Assembly (NCBI GenBank): GCA_964464385.1
Contig: CAYXFZ010000003.1
Location: forward strand, 6,109-53,305
Length of the DNA: 47,197 nt
Direction: 5' to 3'
Source of the DNA: an uncultured Planctomycetales bacterium
GTDB lineage: Bacteria > Planctomycetota > UBA1135
Both the position numbers and the translations under genes were made by a program. Positions 36,330 through 44,930 of the stretch are shown here, one piece after another. Every line of letters begins with the position of its first letter. Positions within the stretch are counted from its first letter, which is position 1. The notes under the pieces were generated by a model, which saw only the letters and a list, made by a program, of their open reading frames with translations, ran no database searches and had not been told where the DNA came from.

Positions 36330-37157
36330 ATGTTTTTGTCCTTTCTCTCTCAGCGGAAACCATCGACTTGGGCGAGCTTGGCCCTCGTTTTGCTGGCCGG
36401 TTCCGGCTGGGCTCAGGCGGATTCTGAGGCCTTGCCGGTGGAATTGGTGGGGGTGGGCATCGAGGAGCACTTGAACGCTCCGCTCCCCCTGGATTTGATG
36501 TTTCAAGATGTCGCAGGGCAAGACGCTCCTCTTGCGGAACACTTTGCCGGTGATTTGCCGGTGATTCTGACGCTCAATTATTCCAAGTGCCCCAACCTCT
36601 GTGACCTTCAGTTGCAGGGCATGGTCTCAACCCTGAAGTCCATCTCGGAAACCGCCGGCCAGGATTTTCAATTGGTGACCGTCAGCGTGGATCCCGACGA
36701 GACCGAGGTCAGCCTCGGATCTTGGCAGAACCGACTGCTCGATCTTTACGATCGCCAGGATGCGACCTGGACCTTTCTGCGCGGCGATAACGAGGCCATT
36801 GCCAAGTTGGCCGATGCCGTGGGTTTCCGTTACCAGATTTTGGAAGAGACCGGCGAATTTGCCCACACTGCTTGCTCCTTCCTTTTGACCCCGGGCGGCA
36901 CCGTGGCGCGGTACCTCTATGGGGTCCAGCCCGATGCCGACACCTTGCGTTTTTCTCTGCTTGAGGCCGACGCTGGTCGATCTATGTCTACCCTGGATAA
37001 GGTCCTTCTCTTTTGCTTCCGCTACGACCCCGAGCGTGGCAAATACACTCTCGCGGCGATGAATCTGTTGCGCGTTGCCGGGATCTTCACTGTCCTGGCG
37101 CTTGCCGGGGTCATTGTCCGTCGCGTCCGTCGCGACCGTGCCCAATCCTCAGCATGA
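36330..37157 (+). CDS. sco: SCO1/SenC-family copper chaperone / thiol-disulfide protein
   Basis: Signal peptide, CPNLC (CxxxC) motif, thioredoxin-like body and a C-terminal TM helix. The track ORF is trimmed to ATG 36330. Confidence 0.85.
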   Translation: MFLSFLSQRKPSTWASLALVLLAGSGWAQADSEALPVELVGVGIEEHLNAPLPLDLMFQDVAGQDAPLAEHFAGDLPVILTLNYSKCPNLCDLQLQGMVSTLKSISETAGQDFQLVTVSVDPDETEVSLGSWQNRLLDLYDRQDATWTFLRGDNEAIAKLADAVGFRYQILEETGEFAHTACSFLLTPGGTVARYLYGVQPDADTLRFSLLEADAGRSMSTLDKVLLFCFRYDPERGKYTLAAMNLLRVAGIFTVLALAGVIVRRVRRDRAQSSA

Positions 37158-38221
37158 GCCTTCTCCTTTCTCTGCTCGCCTTGATCCCTCCTTCAGCGCA
37201 GGAGCCGGTTCCCGTCCAGGAACCCACCGCCTCCCAGGAGCAAGCGAATACCATTGCCCAACTTGGCCAACTTGGGGACCAGGGCGGAGACTTGTTTTTT
37301 CCACTTGCGGCCTCGGACGCGGCCGAAGTTCACGACGAAGTTTATTACATCGTTTTTTGGATTTCGGTTTTCTTTCTGTTCTTGATCTGCTTCGCCACGA
37401 TTTACTTTGCGTTTAAATACAATCGTAGTAAATCGCTGGAGCCGCAAAAATCCCCACCTCACAATGATCTCATTGAAATTGTTTGGACGGTGATTCCCAC
37501 CCTAATCTGCGTTTATCTCTTCTGGATTGGGATGGTGGGGTACGTGGATCGCCGCACCCCCCCGGCGGACACCTACGACATCTACGTCACGGGTCAGAAA
37601 TGGAGCTGGACTTTCGCTTACCCGAACGGCGCGATTTCCAATGAACTTCATGCCCCGGTGGGTCGTCCGGTCCGCCTCATTTTGTCTTCCAAAGATGTCC
37701 TGCACAGCGTCTTCATCCCTGTTCTTCGCCTAAAGATGGATGCTGTCCCCGGACGCTTCGAGGAAATGTGGTTCGAAGCTCGCGAAATTGGTGAATTCGA
37801 AATGTTCTGCACCGAATATTGCGGTACCAATCACTCGGCTATGTTGGCCAAGCTGGTCTTGGAAACTCCAACGGACCACCAAATTTGGGTGGACGAAAAC
37901 TCAGACCCAACCGCGGGCCTCACGCCCGTGGAGGCCGGCAACAAATTGCGCACCGTTCGCGGTTGCGTAGCTTGCCATAACGTGACCGGGGCCCCGGGTG
38001 GAATTGGGCCTACCTGGAAGGGCTCTTTTGGTGCCAATCAGGTCTTTGCCGATGGCTCTACTGGGGTCGTGGACGAGACTTACATTCGTCAATCCATCCT
38101 CGAACCCAACGCAAAAATTGTGGAGGGCTTTGCTTCTCCATCCCAGATGCCCTCCTACCAGGGCCAACTCAATGACGCGGAATTGCAGGGCTTGATCGAA
38201 TACATCAAGACGTTGCAGTAG
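37154..38221 (+). CDS. ctaC: Cytochrome c oxidase subunit II with C-terminal cytochrome c domain (caa3 type)
   Basis: CuA site H...CTEYCGTNHSAM; C-terminal CVACH haem-c motif. ATG 37154 overlaps the sco stop (ATGA). Confidence 0.95.
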   Translation: MSLLLSLLALIPPSAQEPVPVQEPTASQEQANTIAQLGQLGDQGGDLFFPLAASDAAEVHDEVYYIVFWISVFFLFLICFATIYFAFKYNRSKSLEPQKSPPHNDLIEIVWTVIPTLICVYLFWIGMVGYVDRRTPPADTYDIYVTGQKWSWTFAYPNGAISNELHAPVGRPVRLILSSKDVLHSVFIPVLRLKMDAVPGRFEEMWFEAREIGEFEMFCTEYCGTNHSAMLAKLVLETPTDHQIWVDENSDPTAGLTPVEAGNKLRTVRGCVACHNVTGAPGGIGPTWKGSFGANQVFADGSTGVVDETYIRQSILEPNAKIVEGFASPSQMPSYQGQLNDAELQGLIEYIKTLQ

Positions 38222-38234
38222 CTCGAACAAGACC

Positions 38235-40148
38235 ATGAGCACACACGATTCTTCTTCCGGCATCCACTACCTGAACGTGGACCGCGGTTTCTGGTCCTGG
38301 TTCTGGACCTTGGACCACAAGCGGCTTGGCCTCCTTTACATGTGGTCCGTCATCTCGATGATGATTGTGGGCGGATTCTTTGCTATTGGCCTGCGAAGCG
38401 AATTATTTAGCCCGGGCGCCGACGTCTTGACTGCGGACCAATTCAACCACTTCTTCACCCTGCACGGGGCGATCATGGTCTTCTTGGTCATCATTCCTAG
38501 CATTCCTGCGGCTCTGGGAAATTTTGCCCTGCCCATCATGTTGGGGGCCAAGGATGTGGCCTTTCCCAAACTGAATCGCATGTCCTATCACCTGTGGGTG
38601 ATGGGCGCGATCTTGATGGTCACCTCCATCTTCCGCGGCGGCTTGGATACGGGCTGGACCTTCTACCCGCCTTACTCCACGACGACCGACACGGCCGTTT
38701 TCTGGGCCTTGGGTGGTGTCTTGGCGCTGGGCTTCAGTTCCATCTTTACTGGCATCAACTTTCTTTCCACGATCCACAAGATGCGCCCTCCGGGCATGGC
38801 CTTTTTCCAGATGCCACTTTTCTTGTGGGCTATGTATGCCACTGCGGTCATCCAGGTGCTGGCCACTCCGGTGATTGCCATTGCCTTGCTCATGTTGGGT
38901 GTGGAGCGAGGCCTCGGAATTGGTTTCTTTGACCCGACCTTAGGCGGCGACCCATTCCTCTTCCAGCACTTGTTCTGGTTCTACAGCCACCCGGCCGTTT
39001 ACATCATGATTCTGCCGGCCATGGGTGTGCTGTCCGAGCTCTTTGCGACCTTCAGCCGCAAGCACATTTTCGGCTACAAGTACATCGCCTACAGTTCGAT
39101 CGCGATCGCCATGTTCAGCTTTGTGGTCTGGGGTCACCACCTCTTCGTGGCCGGGCAGTCGCAAGTGGCCTCGGTCATTTTCTCCGCCGTCACCTTCTCC
39201 GTCGCCATTCCTTCCGCCGTTAAGGTTTTCAACTGGGTGGCGACCATGTACAAGGGTTCGGTCAGCATGGATACGCCGATGATTTTCGCAATGTCGGTGA
39301 TCTGGCTATTCGGCATCGGTGGAGTGACTGGTTTGTTTCTGGCCATGCTGACGACTGACATGCACCTGCATGACACCTACTTCGTGGTGGCTCACTTCCA
39401 CTTCGTCATGGTGGGCAGTGCTCTTTTTGCCTTCATGGGCGGCATTCATTACTGGTGGCCAAAGATGTTCGGTGTGATGTATCGCCGACCGCCAGCACGA
39501 TTCTTGGCCGTGATGGCCTTCATTGGCTTCAACCTCACCTTCATGCCATTGTTTTTGGCCGGCACGCAGGGCATGCAGCGGCGGATTTTCGACTACGTGC
39601 CCCGCTTCGAGGGCTACAACCAACTCGCCACCTACGGCAGTTATGTCCTCGGCATTGCCCTCTTTGGCACCCTCTTCAATTTGCTGGGTAGCCTGAAGGG
39701 TCGCCGCGGCAAGCTGGATTCCCTCGGCGAGGCCTTGGCGGACACGACCAAAACCTTGCTGTGGATCCCGCGCAACATGTTGGCCACTGGTGACGGGGTC
39801 AAGGCTGGTCTTTTCGTCCTCTTGTCCCCCTTCTTGGTTCCGGTCATGCTGATCTTGGCCGTCAGCCACTTCGCCAGTTGGTTGGCGGATGCCATTCTGA
39901 TCCGCCCCATGATTCACGTGTCCGGCCTGATCTTTGGGAATGGCGGCCCCGCTTCGCCCAACCCTTGGGGCGGCGCCACCCTGGAGTGGCACACGCCCTC
40001 ACCCGCGCCGCCGCACAACTTTGACGAGGCTCCGATCGCCGGCGATCCTTACGCCATGGAGATCTTCCGCTTCGAATCCAAAGAGGCTGGTTATGTGCCG
40101 GTCAACCCCGATCCGAAAGATCCTCACCTCGCCCAACCCCTCTCCTGA
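38235..40148 (+). CDS. ctaD: Cytochrome c oxidase subunit I (A-type haem-copper oxidase), with an unusual C-terminal insertion
   Basis: Canonical blocks [29 protein letters not shown] and [10 protein letters not shown]...PPHNF. 637 aa, because of the extra segment at aa ~489-572. Confidence 0.95.
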   Translation: MSTHDSSSGIHYLNVDRGFWSWFWTLDHKRLGLLYMWSVISMMIVGGFFAIGLRSELFSPGADVLTADQFNHFFTLHGAIMVFLVIIPSIPAALGNFALPIMLGAKDVAFPKLNRMSYHLWVMGAILMVTSIFRGGLDTGWTFYPPYSTTTDTAVFWALGGVLALGFSSIFTGINFLSTIHKMRPPGMAFFQMPLFLWAMYATAVIQVLATPVIAIALLMLGVERGLGIGFFDPTLGGDPFLFQHLFWFYSHPAVYIMILPAMGVLSELFATFSRKHIFGYKYIAYSSIAIAMFSFVVWGHHLFVAGQSQVASVIFSAVTFSVAIPSAVKVFNWVATMYKGSVSMDTPMIFAMSVIWLFGIGGVTGLFLAMLTTDMHLHDTYFVVAHFHFVMVGSALFAFMGGIHYWWPKMFGVMYRRPPARFLAVMAFIGFNLTFMPLFLAGTQGMQRRIFDYVPRFEGYNQLATYGSYVLGIALFGTLFNLLGSLKGRRGKLDSLGEALADTTKTLLWIPRNMLATGDGVKAGLFVLLSPFLVPVMLILAVSHFASWLADAILIRPMIHVSGLIFGNGGPASPNPWGGATLEWHTPSPAPPHNFDEAPIAGDPYAMEIFRFESKEAGYVPVNPDPKDPHLAQPLS

Positions 40149-40162
40149 TCGAGGTCACTGAG

Positions 40163-40948
40163 ATGAGCTCCTCCGCTACCGCAATCGCTACCGACGCCGG
40201 GCACTCCCACCCGGAGCACGTCGCGCACCACTTTGATACTGCCAAACAACAGTTCGATACGGGGAAATTGGGAATCTGGAGTTTCCTCTTTCAGGAAGTC
40301 CTGTTTTTCAGCGGGCTTTTTGTGGCCTATGCGGTCTATCGTCAAAACCACCCCGAGGTTTTCCAGTTCGCGTCCCAGTTTTTGAATACCAATCTTGGCG
40401 CCATCAACACCGTGGTTCTGTTGTTCAGTTCCTTCACGGCGGCGTGGGCAGTTCGTGCCGCCCAGCTCGGTCAGAAAAAAACGCTGATCACGCTCTTGAG
40501 CGTGACCATCCTTTGCGCCTTTGGGTTCATGGGAATCAAATACATCGAGTATTCCCACAAGTTCCACGAAGGTTTGCTTTGGGGCGGCGCCGAACACTCC
40601 ATCATGAAAGCGGACAACAGTTCCACTACCATGATTTTGGAGTCGGTGAAAAACCACAGCGAAGCCTGGAACCACCCGGCCGGTACCAACACTTTTGCGG
40701 TCAAAGATCTCAGTATCGAGCAGCGCCGCAAGACTGGAATTTTCTTCGGCGTTTACTTCTGCCTGACGGGCCTGCATGGCATTCACGTCATTGCCGGCAT
40801 CTTCCTGATGTTTTGGTTGCTGGCGCGAGCGGTTCGCGGGGACTTTGGTCCCCAGAATTTCAATGCCATTGATTTTGGTGCCTTGTACTGGCACTTAGTG
40901 GACTTGATTTGGATTTTCCTCTTTCCCCTCCTCTACCTGATCAGTTGA
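40163..40948 (+). CDS. ctaE: Cytochrome c oxidase subunit III
   Basis: GIWSFLFQEVLFFSGLF, YFCLTGLHGIHVIAG and YWHLVDLIWIFLFP motifs. Confidence 0.9.
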   Translation: MSSSATAIATDAGHSHPEHVAHHFDTAKQQFDTGKLGIWSFLFQEVLFFSGLFVAYAVYRQNHPEVFQFASQFLNTNLGAINTVVLLFSSFTAAWAVRAAQLGQKKTLITLLSVTILCAFGFMGIKYIEYSHKFHEGLLWGGAEHSIMKADNSSTTMILESVKNHSEAWNHPAGTNTFAVKDLSIEQRRKTGIFFGVYFCLTGLHGIHVIAGIFLMFWLLARAVRGDFGPQNFNAIDFGALYWHLVDLIWIFLFPLLYLIS

Positions 40949-40950
40949 CG

Positions 40951-41307
40951 ATGAGCGATTCCCACGAACACGGTGGCGTCGGCCACACCCTCCCGATCCA
41001 GCAGATCGGAGGCGTGCTTTTGATTCTCCTCTTCCTGACTGGGCTCACGGTGTTGACGGGAAGAATGGATTTGCACGGTTACGACCTCACCGTGGCCATG
41101 ATCATTGCCACGGTCAAGGCCTCCCTGGTCTGTGCGGTGTTCATGCACATGCTTTGGGATCGTCCCTTCCTGCGGTTGGGCTTGGTCATTGCCGTCATCA
41201 TGGTGGGCGCCTTTTTGGCCTACACTTTAATTGATACCGCTGAGTATCAGGACCAAATGAGGGCATGGCAGCTGCACGAGGAATACCAGAAGTCCACTAC
41301 GGGATGA
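40951..41307 (+). CDS. ctaF: Cytochrome c oxidase subunit IV (prokaryotic COX4 family)
   Basis: 118 aa, three TM helices, IATVKASLVCAVFMHM signature. ATG 40951 lies 3 nt after the ctaE stop. Confidence 0.8.
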   Translation: MSDSHEHGGVGHTLPIQQIGGVLLILLFLTGLTVLTGRMDLHGYDLTVAMIIATVKASLVCAVFMHMLWDRPFLRLGLVIAVIMVGAFLAYTLIDTAEYQDQMRAWQLHEEYQKSTTG

Positions 41308-42170
41308 GTTCCGAGCCGGGCGGGCGCGGATTTTCCCCTCCGCCCGGGACTGGCACGCTCGGCCTTCGTCTCCTTCTGGTTTCCTTTGCAATCCTGTTTG
41401 TAAGCACACTGGCCACCTATTGGATCGTCCGTGCTCAAGTGCAGTACTGGTCTGCTGGCTTGCCGGAACTGCCGGTTGGCCTTTGGGTGAGTACTGCACT
41501 CTTGGGCTGGTTGAGCGTTTGCTCCAGTCAGTTTGTCAGGCAACACGAGGCTGGCTGGGATGTCCGCCGCTTTCATGGCCTAGCTTTGCTCTTGGCCTTG
41601 GCTTTTCTGCTGGCACAAGCCTGGAATTGGAAGACTCTTGTCTCCGCCAACTTGGCCCCGGACGCCCCGGCGCTTTATGCCTTCTCCTTCTATACCCTGA
41701 CTGGTCTCCATGCTCTTCATGTTTTGGGAGGCGTTTTCGCCCACCTGAATCAGTGGGGAGGATTTCGCGCCGGAAAGCCACCGAGCTCGGAGGCCGTGGG
41801 TGGCATGGCGACCTACTGGCACTTTCTGGGCCTGTGCTGGATTCCACTCTTCGCGACTTTGGCGGTGGGGGCTGATCCCGACCTAACTTCCGCCGACATT
41901 TTGGCAGGCACGCGCGCCTTCGCTTTGGCGGGGTGCGCCCTCTTTGCCCTGGGCTGGCTGCTCACTGTGCGAGCGCTTTGGCGTAAGGCGGGGGTCAGCG
42001 CGGGTTTGCTTGGCCTATTGCCTCCGCTGGCCTGGCTCATGGCCTTCATGCGTGCCGAAGAACTTCAGCTGAAACGCTTGGTGTTGTTTTGGAGTGTGGC
42101 CTTTGGCATTGCCCTCGTTGGCGTGGCAACCCACTTTGCCGTGGTCGTGGCCGTCGCTCGGACTCAATGA
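41304..42170 (+). CDS. Second haem-copper oxidase subunit-III-like protein with an extra C-terminal membrane domain
   Basis: FSFYTLTGLHALHVLGGVF and YWHFLGLCWIPLF match the subunit-III family. Another ~90 aa follow, with about three more hydrophobic helices. ATG 41304 overlaps the ctaF stop (ATGA). Confidence 0.7.
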   Translation: MSSEPGGRGFSPPPGTGTLGLRLLLVSFAILFVSTLATYWIVRAQVQYWSAGLPELPVGLWVSTALLGWLSVCSSQFVRQHEAGWDVRRFHGLALLLALAFLLAQAWNWKTLVSANLAPDAPALYAFSFYTLTGLHALHVLGGVFAHLNQWGGFRAGKPPSSEAVGGMATYWHFLGLCWIPLFATLAVGADPDLTSADILAGTRAFALAGCALFALGWLLTVRALWRKAGVSAGLLGLLPPLAWLMAFMRAEELQLKRLVLFWSVAFGIALVGVATHFAVVVAVARTQ

Positions 42171-43024
42171 GCGCCTGGCCCGTCTAGCACGAGAACGAGA
42201 AAGAGAAGAGGGAGATAAACCAGGGAGGCGAATAAAAGAATGCGGGCACGTTTGGCGTCGCGTCGCAGGGCAAAGTGAAACACCGTGGCCAAGAACAAGA
42301 GGGCGAGGGAAAGGGCCGAGTAAAAATAAAGTTTGCCGGCTTGGCCAACCATGGTGGGCAGGAGGCTGACGGGCAACAAAGTCATGGCCCAATGCGCCGC
42401 TTGCCGTCCCGACATGCGTCCCGAGACATCGGCTGAGGGCAACATGCGCATGCCCGCGCGTTGGTAATCCTCGCGATAGAGCCAGGCAATGGCCATGAAG
42501 TGCGGGAGTTGCCACAGGAAGAGAACGGCAAAGACAATGCCGGCTAGAAGGTCCAGGCCCTGATCTGCAGCGGCATAACCGACCAGCAGGGGTAGAGCGC
42601 CGGGAAGGGCGCCGACGATGGTGTTCAGTTCCGTCACGGTCTTCAGCGGGGTGTAGATGAAGACGTAGAGGATGATCATGATGACCGCCAACCAGGCGGA
42701 GAGCGGGGTCGTGGCCAGGGCCAACCACGCCACGCCCAGAGCGGCCAAGCCCCACCCCAAGCCCGTGACCTTTGGCTTGGAAAGTTTGCCGGTAGGAATG
42801 GGACGATGCCGAGTGCGCTCCATCAATCCATCCAGCTTGGCTTCGGCGGCCTGGTTGAGGGCGGATGCGCCACAGGAGGCTAGGGTCAATCCAGCGACAA
42901 GGTGCAGAGCGAGGACCCAGGAGAATCCAGTCGGATGCGCCAGCCAACAACAGGCGACTGCTGCGGGCGTGCTGAATCCCTGAATCCGAAACTTGAACAA
43001 AGTGGCCCAGTCCCGCGCCTGCAT
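42164..43024 (-). CDS. ctaB: Protohaem IX farnesyltransferase (haem O synthase)
   Basis: UbiA-family motif NQAAEAKLDGLMERTRHRPIPTG, plus YREDY. Trimmed to ATG 43024 (MQARDW...). Confidence 0.9.
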   Translation of the reverse strand: MQARDWATLFKFRIQGFSTPAAVACCWLAHPTGFSWVLALHLVAGLTLASCGASALNQAAEAKLDGLMERTRHRPIPTGKLSKPKVTGLGWGLAALGVAWLALATTPLSAWLAVIMIILYVFIYTPLKTVTELNTIVGALPGALPLLVGYAAADQGLDLLAGIVFAVLFLWQLPHFMAIAWLYREDYQRAGMRMLPSADVSGRMSGRQAAHWAMTLLPVSLLPTMVGQAGKLYFYSALSLALLFLATVFHFALRRDAKRARILLFASLVYLPLLFLVLVLDGPGAH

Positions 43025-43035
43025 GGCGGGAAAGA

Positions 43036-43959
43036 TCAAGGCGACTCCGGTTCTCGCAAACGAAAGCGCGCTTCCATGGCCAAGCCGGTGGTTTGCACCA
43101 AGACAAACACACCGATGAGGAGATGCCCAGTCGCGCTGGCGGCCTGGGCGATGAACCGGGCCCGATCCGAGGCAAAGGTGTCCTGAAGAGGACCCAGGAG
43201 AAGGGCCCAAGTGGCCAATCCCAAGCCTAATTGGATTCCCAGAAGCCAAGCCAGGCGCAGGGCTCCGGCACGAAGGCTGCCCGGGTCGCGGCCATGGGTG
43301 AGGATCAGCCGCACCACCCAGAGCAGGACCCCGGTGGTTACGAGGGCCAGGAGCAGATGTCCAGAAAAGGCCCCTTCTTTGTGGCGCAGGCTGGCGGCGG
43401 CAATGAGGTTCAAGAAGAGGACCAAGATGCCGATGCCGGTCCACAGCCGGAGTGGACCGGTGATTGGATTGGGGATGGGTTGGGGCTGGCTGGCCCAGGC
43501 GGGCGAGGAGAACTTGGCCATGGCAGCCAAGAGAAGGACGCAGAGTTGCGCCCCGAGGGCATGCAGGATGGCCATGATCTGGTCATTGGCCACCACTCGG
43601 AATGCTCCGAGGAGTCCCTGGAGAATGACGGCGAGAAGACAGGCCCAAGCCAGCCGCCGCCAAGAGCGGGGGGCCTTGGCCAAGGACGATGCCAGGACGA
43701 GGGCGATGCACAGGATTCCGATCAGGGTGCCAGCTTGGCGATGGCTGTGCTCCAGGGCGGAGCCGACGCCAAAGGTGTTGGCAATCTCGCCGTAGAAAAC
43801 GTTGAACAAGCTCCAGCCGTTGATATTGGGCCAAGTGGGGTAGGCCATGCCGACTTCGGTGCTGGTCACAGCACCTCCAAGGCCAATGGTGAGGAGGACG
43901 GCCACCAACAGGGAGGCCACGGCCAAGCGGTGAATCCAGGGGTGCTTGACCGGGATCAT
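43036..43959 (-). CDS. ctaA: Haem A synthase (COX15/CtaA family)
   Basis: Eight-TM protein with MAYPTWP and paired conserved His (EHSHRQAG, ILHALGAQ, SGHLLLAL, ATGHLLIG). Directly upstream of ctaB. Confidence 0.85.
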   Translation of the reverse strand: MIPVKHPWIHRLAVASLLVAVLLTIGLGGAVTSTEVGMAYPTWPNINGWSLFNVFYGEIANTFGVGSALEHSHRQAGTLIGILCIALVLASSLAKAPRSWRRLAWACLLAVILQGLLGAFRVVANDQIMAILHALGAQLCVLLLAAMAKFSSPAWASQPQPIPNPITGPLRLWTGIGILVLFLNLIAAASLRHKEGAFSGHLLLALVTTGVLLWVVRLILTHGRDPGSLRAGALRLAWLLGIQLGLGLATWALLLGPLQDTFASDRARFIAQAASATGHLLIGVFVLVQTTGLAMEARFRLREPESP

Positions 43960-44930
43960 GGTTGGGACTCCGTCTGGAGAGAGAGGACAAAGTGGACGAG
44001 GTCCTCAATCTCTACGGAGTCCAGCCTATTTAGGTTCGACTGCATGGGAGTGCCGGGGATCCCCAGAGCGATGCGTCGCCATACTTCTAGAGGGTCCGAT
44101 CCGCCCAGGAGGGGGCCACTGAGATCTCGCGGTCGGGCCTCCTCATCCCAAAGATCCTTCAGGAGCCAGACTTCTTGCTGAGGGTCCCAGGCGGCGGGGC
44201 CCTTGCCCACGCCATTTTTCCCATGGCAACTCGAACAGGCGGCCCGAGCGCCATGAAAGAGTTGTTTGCCGCGAGCCACGGCAGCGGGGTTGGAACGGCC
44301 CAGCTGGGGAACCGGAATTGTTTTTGGGTTTGCCCAATTGGCAAGCAATCCCTCCCTGGCCGACAACGCCGCCGAAGGCAAATCCAGAGGGGGATCCAGC
44401 ATTTGCTGGGCTTGGAGACCCGCGAGGGCTTGATTTCGAATCAGGAGCCATCGTGTGTATGCCGTGATGGGGTCCAGGATGGTGTCGGGGAAGGACGAAA
44501 AACCGGCCATGGAAGTTGTGGGAATTCCTTGCTGGATGGTGCGTTTCAAATCCTCTCGAGAGGGGGGCTGAACCAAGCCAGTGCTTTTATATTTGACGAA
44601 ACCTGAAAAAAAGGAGCGGGGCCGCGGCACCAATAAAGAGGCGGTTGGCGTGTCCGCCAGGCCAGAGTGGCCATGGCAATGGGCGCATTTGTTGCTCCAA
44701 ATTCGGGCGCCGGCACGCAATCCTTCGGAAGATTCTAGATCACCCAGTCTGGGATTTCGCAGGGTCCCGTATGCCAAATCCAGGGCGGCGTTCAATGCCT
44801 GCATTTGGGGATTTGATTTTCTATTCGATTCATCTGAATTTGCCGCCCCCCCCCCTCCAAAGGAAAGCAACAGAGCCAAGAAGCAACCTGCACAAACCAA
44901 CGCCAAACCGAGAAGGCTACGATTCGCCAT
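43956..44930 (-). CDS. Membrane-anchored dihaem c-type cytochrome
   Basis: N-terminal anchor LLGLALVCAGCFLALLL. Two CxxCH sites (CAHCH, CSSCH). Trimmed to ATG 44930 (MANRSLL...). Overlaps the ctaA start by 4 nt. Confidence 0.8.
   Translation of the reverse strand: MANRSLLGLALVCAGCFLALLLSFGGGGAANSDESNRKSNPQMQALNAALDLAYGTLRNPRLGDLESSEGLRAGARIWSNKCAHCHGHSGLADTPTASLLVPRPRSFFSGFVKYKSTGLVQPPSREDLKRTIQQGIPTTSMAGFSSFPDTILDPITAYTRWLLIRNQALAGLQAQQMLDPPLDLPSAALSAREGLLANWANPKTIPVPQLGRSNPAAVARGKQLFHGARAACSSCHGKNGVGKGPAAWDPQQEVWLLKDLWDEEARPRDLSGPLLGGSDPLEVWRRIALGIPGTPMQSNLNRLDSVEIEDLVHFVLSLQTESQP

Noticed and set aside
39699-39950. The CtaD insertion as an intein or mobile element.
   Set aside because: It is only ~84 aa and hydrophobic. 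It has no Cys/Ser at the N-junction, no His-Asn plus Cys/Ser/Thr at the C-junction, and no endonuclease motifs or flanking repeats.
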